64,000 bases of DNA from an uncultured Holophagales bacterium (GTDB taxonomy: Bacteria; Acidobacteriota; Thermoanaerobaculia; Multivoradales; UBA5704). Where the stretch lies: assembly GCA_963842525.1 (NCBI GenBank), contig CAWJGT010000001.1, forward strand, positions 544,001 through 608,000. The letters are read 5' to 3'. This document shows, piece after piece, positions 12,257-20,374 of this stretch. A model generated the notes under the pieces. The model was not told the origin of the DNA. It did not search any database and saw only the letters and a list, made by a program, of their open reading frames with translations. A program made the position numbers and the translations under genes. Each line of letters starts with the position of its first letter. Within the stretch, counting starts at the first letter, position 1.

Positions 12257-13131
12257 GACCTTGCCTTTCTCAGGCGGACGTCGTTGCCGCCTGTGCGGAC
12301 GCGGAGCCCGGAGAGCCAGCGGGAGAGCAGGGGCGGGGGCGTGGCAGCGTTGGGGTTGCGCAGCAGCTCGGGGAGGAGCTGGCTGGTGACGACGGTGGGC
12401 AGACAGGCCTCGTCCCGGGTGCGGGTGATGAGGATCAGGCGCTCCATGTACCAGTCGGCGGCGGCGCCGGAGAGGGGCTCGTCGAGGACGAGGAGGGGGG
12501 TGGCCAGGAGGGGGCCGAGGACCTCTTCGGCGGCGGCGAAGTCGCGCTGGATGCGTCGCGCCAGCTCGGGGCCGGAGATCCAGCGTCCACGCCTTCCGGT
12601 GCGGAGGTGCTCGGCGAGCAGGACGATGGCGAGGGATGTTTTGCCGGTCCCGGTGGGTCCCCAGAGGGCGACCCACCGGGGGGTGCCGGACCAGCTCTGC
12701 AGGGCTTCGGGCCAGGGGCGCTGGAAGTGGGTGGACCAGCTTTCGCGGGTGAGGCCGCGGAAGAGCTTGGGGATGCCGGCGCCGGCTTCGGTGAGGGCGG
12801 GCACGGAGGTGTGGGCGTCGTGGCAGGTGTGACAGAGACCGTCGGTGGGGATGGCGGTGAAGGCGATCTGGGCTTCGCCGCACTTGCGGCAGACCCAGGG
12901 CCGGCCGAACGAGCCCTCTCCCCCTGGCCCCCTCTCCCGTGCGTCCGCCGGCCCTCCGCCCCGAACGGGAGAGGGGGAATGCGAACCCTCACCCCCCTGG
13001 CCCCCCTCTCCCAGCCGCACTCCCTCCTCCCGGGCGAGGGGGGAATGGGTCCTCACCCCCTGGCCCCCTCTCCCATCGCTCTCCCTTCCACCGGGAGAGG
13101 GGGGACGCAGGCCGTTGTCTTCGTGGGTCAT
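12253..13131 (-). CDS. DnaC/IstB-like ATPase (helicase loader) with N-terminal repeat insertion
   Basis: CxxC pairs, GPTGTGKT, LLVLDE, PTVVTSQ; lies between the initiator and dnaB. Confidence 0.8.
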   Translation of the reverse strand: MTHEDNGLRPPSPGGRESDGRGGQGVRTHSPLAREEGVRLGEGGQGGEGSHSPSPVRGGGPADARERGPGGEGSFGRPWVCRKCGEAQIAFTAIPTDGLCHTCHDAHTSVPALTEAGAGIPKLFRGLTRESWSTHFQRPWPEALQSWSGTPRWVALWGPTGTGKTSLAIVLLAEHLRTGRRGRWISGPELARRIQRDFAAAEEVLGPLLATPLLVLDEPLSGAAADWYMERLILITRTRDEACLPTVVTSQLLPELLRNPNAATPPPLLSRWLSGLRVRTGGNDVRLRKARS

Positions 13132-14036
13132 GACTCCTCCGTGGTGTTGATGATTTCGAGGGCTTGCTGCCAGCGGATTTCGTCGGCGCCGGCGGCTCGC
13201 AGGAGGTCTCGGCCGGCCCGGGCGTCGAGGGGCCGGGCCGGCTCGGGCCGGACGGCCTGCTCGATGACCACGCGGTGGATGTAGCCGAGGGGCTCTCGCT
13301 TGTTTGCCAGGCCGGCCTGGATGAGCCGGCTGAGTAGGGCGAGGAGGGACTCGATGCCTCCGGCGGTCTTCGACCAGAGGCCGATCTGGGCGGGGCTTGG
13401 ACGTGGGATGCCCGCCTCTTCGAGCAGGAGGTTGACCCGAGAGACGGCGCTCTGCGGCTCCGTCAGGGGCCGGAGACCGAAGGTCTCCTGTTTTTTTGTC
13501 TTCGCTTTTGGGGGGTAAGGGGGGATTTGGGGGTCTGGGGGAAAAGGGGGGACCGGGGGGTCCGAAAAGGTGCACTCGGCTGCGCCTTTTTGGGCGGAAA
13601 ACGTGCAGCCCACTGCGCCTTTTCCTTCGGAAAACGTGCACTCGGCTGCACCTTTTTGGGCGGCGGATTCTTCGGAAAAAGGTGCAGCCGGCTGCACGTT
13701 TTTTGGACCCTCACCCCCCTGGCCCCCCTCTCCCATCGCACTCCCTTCCACCGGGAGAAGGGGGAATGGATTGGGTGGGCCGACGAGGAGGCGGTAGGTG
13801 GAGAGCTTGCCGCGGCCGTGGTGGGAGATGACGGCGAGCTCGCCTTCCTGGACCAGCTCGTCGAGGAGCTGCTGGACGCGGCGACGGCGGAGGCGAGATC
13901 GTTTCTGCAGGGTGGCCTGGTCGATGATCCACTCGCCGCGCTGGTCGGAGTAGCTGGCGATGACCATGAGGAGCACGAGATGGGAGCCGCCTTGCTTGGC
14001 GTGCTCCAGGACCGCGGCGAGGTGCTCAAGCCCCAA
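13128..14036 (-). CDS. Phage replication initiator (N-terminal winged HTH, internal iterons)
   Basis: LVLLMVIASYSD...RRVQQLLDELVQEGEL; internal GAAECTFS repeats. Confidence 0.75.
   Translation of the reverse strand: MGLEHLAAVLEHAKQGGSHLVLLMVIASYSDQRGEWIIDQATLQKRSRLRRRRVQQLLDELVQEGELAVISHHGRGKLSTYRLLVGPPNPFPLLPVEGSAMGEGGQGGEGPKNVQPAAPFSEESAAQKGAAECTFSEGKGAVGCTFSAQKGAAECTFSDPPVPPFPPDPQIPPYPPKAKTKKQETFGLRPLTEPQSAVSRVNLLLEEAGIPRPSPAQIGLWSKTAGGIESLLALLSRLIQAGLANKREPLGYIHRVVIEQAVRPEPARPLDARAGRDLLRAAGADEIRWQQALEIINTTEES
13565..13702. repeat. Four 26-bp quasi-palindromic iterons (putative origin)
   Basis: AAAA(G/C)GTGCA-N6-TGC(A/G)C(C/G)TTTT at 13565, 13598, 13631, 13677. Confidence 0.75.
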
Positions 14037-14691
14037 GGGTGGCTCCCAGCTTGGACAGGGCTCCCCGCAGGACAGGACGCGGGTCGTAGGCGGCGGCTGG
14101 ATCGGCCCAGAGATGCCATTCAGTGTGGCCCTTGAGGCAGCTCACGAGGCGGCCGGCGTGGAAGGCTTCGAGCAGCTCTCGGCGGTACGCCTCATCGGCG
14201 CAGGCCGCAAAGGACGGGGCGAGCGGCGACGTGGCCCCCGGCGAGATGTCGATCGCGCCGGGGGTCGCGCTCGCCGCGACGAAGCGGATGGCGATGCCTT
14301 GGAGCGGCGCAGCAGGGGGAGGTGCCGGCGTGGTGCGTTGGGGCGAGTTGCTGGCTGGCGGGGCCAGGCGCCAGAGCCAGGAGGCGGAGGCCGGGGTGTC
14401 GTCGTCCGCGGCGAAGCGCTGGCTTTCGATGGCGAGGCCTTCTTCGCGGAGGTCGCGCAGGCGGCGGTCGCCGGCGGCTCCCCCGGCCCAGGGCTCTCGC
14501 AGGACCCAGGTGGGGACCCAGCCGGGAGGCGCGAGATGCCGGCCGACTCTCCAGCGATGGAAGCGCCTGCTGGTCTCGACAAGGAGGTTGTAGACGCGGG
14601 CGGCGGTGCCGGAGATGGAACGGCCTCCTGGCAGGGTGGCCTCGTCGGCGAGGTGCCAGCCGGGCGGGAGGGGGGCCTGGTGGTGGGTCAT
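14026..14691 (-). CDS. Hypothetical phage early protein
   Basis: Tightly packed in the leftward operon; GAGG RBS; GDRRLRDLREEG segment. Confidence 0.6.
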   Translation of the reverse strand: MTHHQAPLPPGWHLADEATLPGGRSISGTAARVYNLLVETSRRFHRWRVGRHLAPPGWVPTWVLREPWAGGAAGDRRLRDLREEGLAIESQRFAADDDTPASASWLWRLAPPASNSPQRTTPAPPPAAPLQGIAIRFVAASATPGAIDISPGATSPLAPSFAACADEAYRRELLEAFHAGRLVSCLKGHTEWHLWADPAAAYDPRPVLRGALSKLGATLGA

Positions 14692-14695
14692 GGCC

Positions 14696-15070
14696 TCACC
14701 CCTGGCCCCCTCTCCCATCTTCCACCCGCCCTTCCCCGGGAGAGGGGGAACAAGCGCCAGCGGTGGCTCCTGCGGCGGTGGCTACGGCGGCTTCGAAGAC
14801 CTCGGCTTCGGCGAGGCGCTGCTCCCAGGTGGCTCTCCGGCGCTTGTCGAGGTCCTCGACGACCTCCATGTAGAAGGGCTGGCAGATGCGGTCCGGTGGG
14901 TAGTTCACCAGGGCGCAGTGCATGGTCTCGCTGCCGGCGAGGATGCCGAGCTGGCCCTGGTAGTGGGGGCACCAGTCCTTCGCGCAGAAGTACAGGACGC
15001 CGGAGCCTTCGACGAAGCGGGCTTCGGCGATGGCTTCGCCTTGGCGGAGGGCGAGATGGACCAGGTTCAT
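14696..15070 (-). CDS. Hypothetical Cys-containing phage protein
   Basis: ATG overlaps the stop of the upstream HTH gene; C-terminus is repeat-derived. Confidence 0.6.
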   Translation of the reverse strand: MNLVHLALRQGEAIAEARFVEGSGVLYFCAKDWCPHYQGQLGILAGSETMHCALVNYPPDRICQPFYMEVVEDLDKRRRATWEQRLAEAEVFEAAVATAAGATAGACSPSPGEGRVEDGRGGQG

Positions 15071-15336
15071 GAGGCGCTCTCGACTCCGACGGCTGCCTTG
15101 GCGTCAGGGTCTTGATAGTCGGGCTTGAGCTCCTCCGGCTCTACACCGAGGGCGCGTGCGAAGTCCCTTGCCTTTCTATCGGTTAAGGGCTGGAGACGGC
15201 GTTCGATCCGCGACACCTCGCCGCGGTCGGTAAATCGCCCGGCCCGGCGAACCCGGGCAACCAGCTCATCCTGAGAGACGGCCCTGAGAATCCTGGCCAG
15301 TTTGAGGGGGCTGATAGCGGTCGGCTGAAGGACCAT
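15067..15336 (-). CDS. Cro-like XRE HTH regulator (module 1, leftward)
   Basis: LKLARILRAVSQDELV...VSRIER...FARALGVEPEEL; first gene of the early operon. Confidence 0.8.
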   Translation of the reverse strand: MVLQPTAISPLKLARILRAVSQDELVARVRRAGRFTDRGEVSRIERRLQPLTDRKARDFARALGVEPEELKPDYQDPDAKAAVGVESAS

Positions 15337-15361
15337 GCGTGGTAGAATAAACAGCCGTACC

Positions 15362-15377
15362 TGGTATGTCAATACCA
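15362..15377. promoter_or_regulatory. Putative operator TGGTAT-GTCA-ATACCA
   Basis: 6-bp inverted repeat in the divergent intergenic region; same arms at 17882-17897. Confidence 0.65.
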
Positions 15378-15433
15378 TATCTAGAGGTAACCACGACTAG
15401 ATTTCCTAGTACAACATTTGGTATGCTCTCTCC

Positions 15434-15769
15434 ATGAGAGATCCAGAGGCGGAGGTGGAGGCCATCCGACAGGGGATTCGTGATCTCGCTCGACAGAACG
15501 ACCGTGGCTTCGCGTGGATCGATCGGAAGCTAGGATGGAGCGAGGCGACCACGAGCCAGATCATGCGAGGCCGCATCAAGCTCCAGGTGATGCACGTCTT
15601 TCAGATCCTCGAACTCTTTAAGGTCGAGCCTGAGGACTTCTTCGGGAATTTGTATGGCAAGCCGATAGAGACGGCGCGCCAGATGATGGCGCGCCGCCAC
15701 CTACACGCCGAGGCGCCGCAGGTCCGGCGGGACAGCCTAGGCCGCAGGAAGGAGACGTCTAAAACTTAG
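15434..15769 (+). CDS. CI-like HTH regulator (module 1, rightward)
   Basis: IDRKLGWSEATTSQIMRGRIKL...PEDFF; extended -10 TGGTATGCT just upstream. Confidence 0.8.
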   Translation: MRDPEAEVEAIRQGIRDLARQNDRGFAWIDRKLGWSEATTSQIMRGRIKLQVMHVFQILELFKVEPEDFFGNLYGKPIETARQMMARRHLHAEAPQVRRDSLGRRKETSKT

Positions 15770-16896
15770 ACCGCGACTGCTGGAATTGGTTGCCGAGGCG
15801 CCGGCTGCAAAAAGATTTCCTTCGATGCCAGCATGAGGGTTCGCACGACCTGCCCAACGGTAGAGGGCATGACCTCGAACCGAAGACGACGTGCAACGGC
15901 GGCCTCCGGCCCGATGCCAAGAGCTTCGAATAAGGGTTGTACCGCATTGACAGCAGCGAGCACTTCAGCCAGTCGGTGCTGGCGGGCCAAGACGATTCCC
16001 AGATCGAGCCGACAAAGGGCCTCTTCATAGAAAAGGCCAGCTTTAGCATAGGCTTCGCCCGTGCGGCGAAGGAGCTGCTCGGCGGACTCATCCAGGCCCA
16101 ACGCTTCATCGATGTGAGCCACCAGCCAAAGACGATGCGCCTGCACGAGGGGTTCATGTCTAAGCTCGTCGAACAGTGGCTCTGTCGCGGAATAGACGGC
16201 CCGTGCGTGACGCGGCCGACCTTGGTCAACTAAGTTCCACGCCAACGTATGGGAGATGGAGGCAGCGAGATGAGGGTCGAGGCTAGGCTCAACCCGATTC
16301 ATTGCTTTCTCCGCAAGCCGCACGGCGCGGATGGGATTCCGATTTTTGCCAGCGACCATGGCTTCGACAATAAGGCAGCGAGTAAAGCCGTTTTCGTCGC
16401 CAGCCGCCTCATAAAACGCTCGAGCCCGCGCCAAACTGGATTGAGCCAAATGAAAGCGCCGCCAATCGCGAAACAGAGAGCCGCGTAACTCCCACAACCT
16501 CGCAGCGAGAAGTGCACTGCCTGTTCCGAGGCTCAAGGCTTCTTCTGCCACGGCAAGCGAGGCTTCGGCCTCTGGGAAGTGCGCCAGCAGCCTAAGGCTG
16601 TTTCCCCTCTCGCACCAGGCTGCTCCTCGGGCATCTTGATAATGCTGTACTGGTCTTCTGTCGCAAACTGCGTCAGCGAGGATTGTTGCAAGTTCCGCCC
16701 AATGCACCATACCGCCGATGTCTGTGAAGCGAAGCGAAAAGCTGTAATCACTAAAGCTAAGAATGTCCTCCGTAGAAACGCTCCGCGGAGGATTGGAGGC
16801 TAACAGGAAACGTCTCGAAGGAGGGTGAGCCTTGAAGCGGTCAAGCAATATAGAAGAATCACGGCGCGCGTGGAGGATCATAGGATATAATGACAT
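15766..16896 (-). CDS. TPR-repeat protein (module 1, putative peptide receptor)
   Basis: TPR helices (AWCERGNSLRLLAHFPEAE, HTLAWNLVDQGR); similar to 18418-19509; start placed downstream of its own promoter. Confidence 0.8.
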   Translation of the reverse strand: MSLYPMILHARRDSSILLDRFKAHPPSRRFLLASNPPRSVSTEDILSFSDYSFSLRFTDIGGMVHWAELATILADAVCDRRPVQHYQDARGAAWCERGNSLRLLAHFPEAEASLAVAEEALSLGTGSALLAARLWELRGSLFRDWRRFHLAQSSLARARAFYEAAGDENGFTRCLIVEAMVAGKNRNPIRAVRLAEKAMNRVEPSLDPHLAASISHTLAWNLVDQGRPRHARAVYSATEPLFDELRHEPLVQAHRLWLVAHIDEALGLDESAEQLLRRTGEAYAKAGLFYEEALCRLDLGIVLARQHRLAEVLAAVNAVQPLFEALGIGPEAAVARRLRFEVMPSTVGQVVRTLMLASKEIFLQPAPRQPIPAVAV

Positions 16897-16921
16897 TATT
16901 AATGAACGCTTGGCGGAGAAC

Positions 16922-16950
16922 ATTCTCCCCGCGCGCGCGATGAGTGTCAA
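16922..16950 (-). promoter_or_regulatory. Sigma70-type promoter for TPR gene 1
   Basis: TTGACA, 17 bp spacer, GAGAAT on the minus strand. Confidence 0.6.
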
Positions 16951-16970
16951 GAACCTCCCTTCCCGGCCTT

Positions 16971-17234
16971 TTAGCCTCCGCACCTACCGTTAGGGTCAAG
17001 GCAACCGCCTCCTTCAGAGGTTGGCGCAACCCCATGGGGCGGAGACTTCGGATCGGGTACCACCCCGTCAGCAAGCCAGGCGGCGAGGTCGCTCCAGATG
17101 CTGGAGAACCAGCCGAGCACCGAGGCGCGGACCGCGGTTGGGGCTGCCTTTTCCTGAGCCGCGAGATGCGACGGCAGGGATGCGAGCGCGATGGCGATCG
17201 CGCTGGCCGCCATGAGTTTGCGGAACATGGTCAT
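16971..17234 (-). CDS. Secreted peptide precursor (module 1), C-terminus EGGGCLDPNGRCGG
   Basis: GGAGG RBS, Sec signal peptide, Trp-rich amphipathic helix, Pro-rich linker. Confidence 0.85.
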   Translation of the reverse strand: MTMFRKLMAASAIAIALASLPSHLAAQEKAAPTAVRASVLGWFSSIWSDLAAWLADGVVPDPKSPPHGVAPTSEGGGCLDPNGRCGG

Positions 17235-17479
17235 TGGACACCTCCCTTTGGATCGGATTCGTATTTATTGCGAACCCGGAAAAGATATTACGTCAACCGG
17301 AGACCGCGTACAACGCGGTCAAGCTCGGTATGGTACGCCTTAACGAGGTTCAGTGACACTACCTTTCCGCGACTGAGCGAAGCGGCGACTTCACGGGCGA
17401 GCTCGGCGGTGGCTGAGGCCTTGAGACGCCCTGGCGGCGGTGGTTGCCGAAAGGGTGGTGGTCGTGGACTAGGGCGTCT

Positions 17480-17893
17480 CTACCCCGCCCTACCCGCGGG
17501 GGGCGGCTGGTTGTCGGGCTGGCGGTGGTCCAGCTCGGCCCAGATGGCTTGGGCGGTGGCGCGGTGGACCATCTTGGGGCCTCGGATCTGGCAGAGGTCG
17601 CCGAGGTGGTTGCGGGCTACGAGGATCAGTCGGTGGCAGAGGGCGAAGTCGGCTTCGTAGTAGGTGAGCAGGCTTTCGAGGGTGTCCAGGGTTCCCTGTG
17701 TCATGCGGTTCCGCTCGTGGGTGCCGAGGGAGCTCTTCGCGACGTCCGCCTCGCGTGCTACCTCGCCCTGCGTCATCCCGGCACGGTAGCGGAGCAGGAT
17801 TAGCGCGACGTGGAGCTCGGCGAGGCTTGTTCTCGGGGTTCTCTTGACCGGCGATCTTCTGCGCTTCGCCGGCCGGGGATTTGGTATCTTCAT
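17480..17893 (-). CDS. XRE HTH regulator (module 2, leftward)
   Basis: LRYRAGMTQGEVAREADVAKSSLGTHER. Confidence 0.8.
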   Translation of the reverse strand: MKIPNPRPAKRRRSPVKRTPRTSLAELHVALILLRYRAGMTQGEVAREADVAKSSLGTHERNRMTQGTLDTLESLLTYYEADFALCHRLILVARNHLGDLCQIRGPKMVHRATAQAIWAELDHRQPDNQPPPAGRAG

Positions 17894-17897
17894 ACCA
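17882..17897. promoter_or_regulatory. Putative operator TGGTAT-CTTC-ATACCA
   Basis: Same arms as 15362-15377; second palindrome TTCCGTC-AA-GACGGAA at 17921-17936; extended -10 TGGTACAAT nearby. Confidence 0.65.
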
Positions 17898-17953
17898 GAA
17901 TTATTGGTTGATAGTACTAGTTCCGTCAAGACGGAATTTGGTACAATGAGCCG

Positions 17954-18349
17954 GTGCCTCCTCTGGAAGGTCTTGGACAAGCTCTTGAGGCTCTACGGCG
18001 GCGGAGAGGTTGGAGCGCTGCGGAGGCGGCTCGCCGGACGGGCATCGATCAGAGCAATCTCAGCAAATACGAGCGCAATGCCAAGGGCATCACGGCGGCG
18101 ACGCTGGATCGCATCCTCGACGCCTATGGGGCCACGCTGTCGGAGCTGGCCGCGACTCTGCGCGAGGTACAGGGCGGCCCGGCGGTGCGCTGGATCGTGC
18201 CCGGAGAGGTCAGCGAGGCGGACCTCCGGCTGGTCGTGAAGTTGGTGCTTGGGAAGAAGTGGGCGCCGGACGAGGAGGACGACGAGGAGGAGGAAGAGGA
18301 GACCGCGGAGGGCGAGGACGAGCTGAACGGCGGGGAGGACGAGGAGTAG
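17954..18349 (+). CDS. XRE HTH regulator with acidic tail (module 2, rightward)
   Basis: LRRRRGWSAAEAARRTGIDQSNLSKYERN; poly-E/D C-terminus. Confidence 0.88.
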   Translation: MPPLEGLGQALEALRRRRGWSAAEAARRTGIDQSNLSKYERNAKGITAATLDRILDAYGATLSELAATLREVQGGPAVRWIVPGEVSEADLRLVVKLVLGKKWAPDEEDDEEEEEETAEGEDELNGGEDEE

Positions 18350-18417
18350 GCCGGGCCCTCACCCCCTGGCCCCCTCTCCCATCCGCACTCACACCCGCCC
18401 GGGAGAGGGGGAAGAGG

Positions 18418-19509
18418 TTACTCGCTGGCGGTGCTGCGACGGGCGGGCTGGCGGACTTCCCTTTCCAGGTAGTGCGCGACCGTCTTGAGCAGCTCGGCTT
18501 TGGGATAGGCCATCGCATCGCGGAGGAGGAGGGCGGCTGTGCTCTCGCGGGCGATCCCGAGGGTACCGAAGACCTCGTGCACCTCGGCGCAGAGGTCGCG
18601 GGCCTCGCTGGTGCGTCCTGCGGCGGCCAGGAGCGCCGCCAGATGAAGGGTCGCGATGGCCTGCTCGTACAGCATGCCGACCGCGGCGAAACCCTCGCGG
18701 CAGCGCTCGTAACCCTGCTCCGCAGCGAGCGGGTGGCCGAGCCCGTCGTCGATGCGGGCGTTCAGGAGCACGATCCGGATGGCGATGCCGGGCTCTCTGC
18801 GGGAGAAGAAGAGGCGGCTGCACTGCCGGCTGAGGGCGTGGGCGTGTTCATATTTTCCGGCATCGCAGAGGCCCCAACAAAGGCTCTGAAGGCCGGAAAG
18901 CCGCAGCTTGTCATCGGCCCGATCGTCGATCGCAGAGAGGGCGCGGACGAAGGCCACGATCGCCTTTTGCGGCTCCCCCGCCTCTCGCAGTGCAATACCT
19001 TCGCTGATCAGAGCCGAGGCGTAGTTGGCGGAATCGCCAAGGGACTGGAAGAGAGCTGCGGCAGCGCGGAAGCTCGATGCCGCCGAGTCGAGGTGGCGAA
19101 GATCATGAAGCAGGCCGCCCTCGATCCAGCGCAGCTCCGCCCCAAGGACGGGCTTCTGCGAGCCGGAGGCCCATGCCTCCTTGGCCTGCTCCAGCGCTGT
19201 TGCTGACAAGTTGAACTCGGCCCGGCGGCGGTGCGCATTGGAGAGGTGCAGGTAGGCGCGGCAGAGAGCGTCGGAGGCCGAGGCGCTCGGTGGAAGCTGG
19301 CGTGCCACGGCGACGGCCGCCTCCGCACAGTCGAGCATCCTGTCGGGGTCGCCATACCGATGCTCGAAGCACTGCTCGACGAGGTGCTCGACCAGAGCGG
19401 GCTCGCGATATCGACGGAGCGAGCCGGCCGCCAGGAGGCGGCGAGGACGCGGGAGCTCGAGGAGCTCTCGGGCGAGCTCGTGGGGTGGGCGGAATCGGCT
19501 TGGCAGCAC
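18418..19509 (-). CDS. TPR-repeat protein (module 2, putative peptide receptor)
   Basis: RAYLHLSNAHRRRAEF, ALISEGIALREAGEP; paralogue of 15766-16896. Confidence 0.85.
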   Translation of the reverse strand: MLPSRFRPPHELARELLELPRPRRLLAAGSLRRYREPALVEHLVEQCFEHRYGDPDRMLDCAEAAVAVARQLPPSASASDALCRAYLHLSNAHRRRAEFNLSATALEQAKEAWASGSQKPVLGAELRWIEGGLLHDLRHLDSAASSFRAAAALFQSLGDSANYASALISEGIALREAGEPQKAIVAFVRALSAIDDRADDKLRLSGLQSLCWGLCDAGKYEHAHALSRQCSRLFFSRREPGIAIRIVLLNARIDDGLGHPLAAEQGYERCREGFAAVGMLYEQAIATLHLAALLAAAGRTSEARDLCAEVHEVFGTLGIARESTAALLLRDAMAYPKAELLKTVAHYLEREVRQPARRSTASE

Positions 19510-19577
19510 CTTGGCATTCCTCTACGGACTGGAATAACGTAGATGCAGATTATAGAGGGTGTCAAGGGGCGGAGGAC

Positions 19578-19606
19578 CACGGGCACGCGGGACCTGCGTG
19601 CCCGTG
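19578..19606 (-). terminator. Hairpin after peptide gene 2, followed by a TTGACA -35 (19560-19565) for TPR gene 2
   Basis: 11-bp stem CACGGGCACGC / GCGTGCCCGTG; no U-tract. Confidence 0.5.
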
Positions 19607-19612
19607 ATCACA

Positions 19613-19903
19613 CTACGAACGGGGTTGGCAGGTCGGGCTGCCCAAGGGGTCGATGCAAGGCGAGCCGTCGCTCTGGAGCGTGGATGGAGGGGCCGGATAG
19701 GCCGGGTCGCCGTTGGAGTCGAGCGAGTACGAGGTGTCGGGCGCGTCCAGGCCGAAGAGCGGCGCCAGGAGATCGACCACGGCAGCCCACCAGCTTGCGG
19801 CCTGGCTGTCGAGGCGGCCGCCGGGCCAGGCGTGCGCCGGCGTGACGGCGAGGCTGAGGGCCAGGGCGATTCCGAGCACGAGGATCCTCATCCGATTGGT
19901 CAT
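19613..19903 (-). CDS. Secreted peptide precursor (module 2) with DTSYSLDSNG and DGSPCIDPLGSPTC motifs
   Basis: GGGGAG RBS, signal peptide ending AHA, Trp-rich helix, same layout as 16971-17234. Confidence 0.85.
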   Translation of the reverse strand: MTNRMRILVLGIALALSLAVTPAHAWPGGRLDSQAASWWAAVVDLLAPLFGLDAPDTSYSLDSNGDPAYPAPPSTLQSDGSPCIDPLGSPTCQPRS

Positions 19904-20195
19904 CGTCTTTGTCTCCCCTGCGGCGGCGGCGCCCTCCATGGGCGGAGGCCCCGCATTGGGGCAAGTGTGGCAATGGGAGGAAGGGACGTAAAGGACGGCA
20001 AGGACAGCAGAAACGGATGCGGGCGGGGCCCGGGCAGGTTTTGCCCTACCTGGAAGAGAGCTGAGAAGTGGGGACGGACACGGAGGATGCTCGGGCGGAG
20101 CTGAGAAGGGGCCGGCGTGGCGGTATGGCCTCAACTGCCCGCCTGCAGCACCGCGGGAGACCAGAGGATACAGGAGCCTAGCCAGGCACTCACGG

Positions 20196-20326
20196 CGGAG
20201 GAAACGGCTGGCACCTATCCGGCACCTATCCGGGCTGACCGGAGGACACGTGAGCCAGACTCGGAGGAAACGGCTGGCACCTATCTGGAGCACCTATCCC
20301 GCCCCTATTTCCAGCAGCACCTATCC
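20196..20326 (+). repeat. Cluster of five GCACCTATC motifs
   Basis: Copies at 20211, 20222, 20277, 20290, 20317; 24-bp direct repeat at 20196 and 20262. Confidence 0.8.
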
Positions 20327-20374
20327 GGCAGGTTATAATACTGCGAACTTACCACTTGGGTGAGGGTCATAAGG

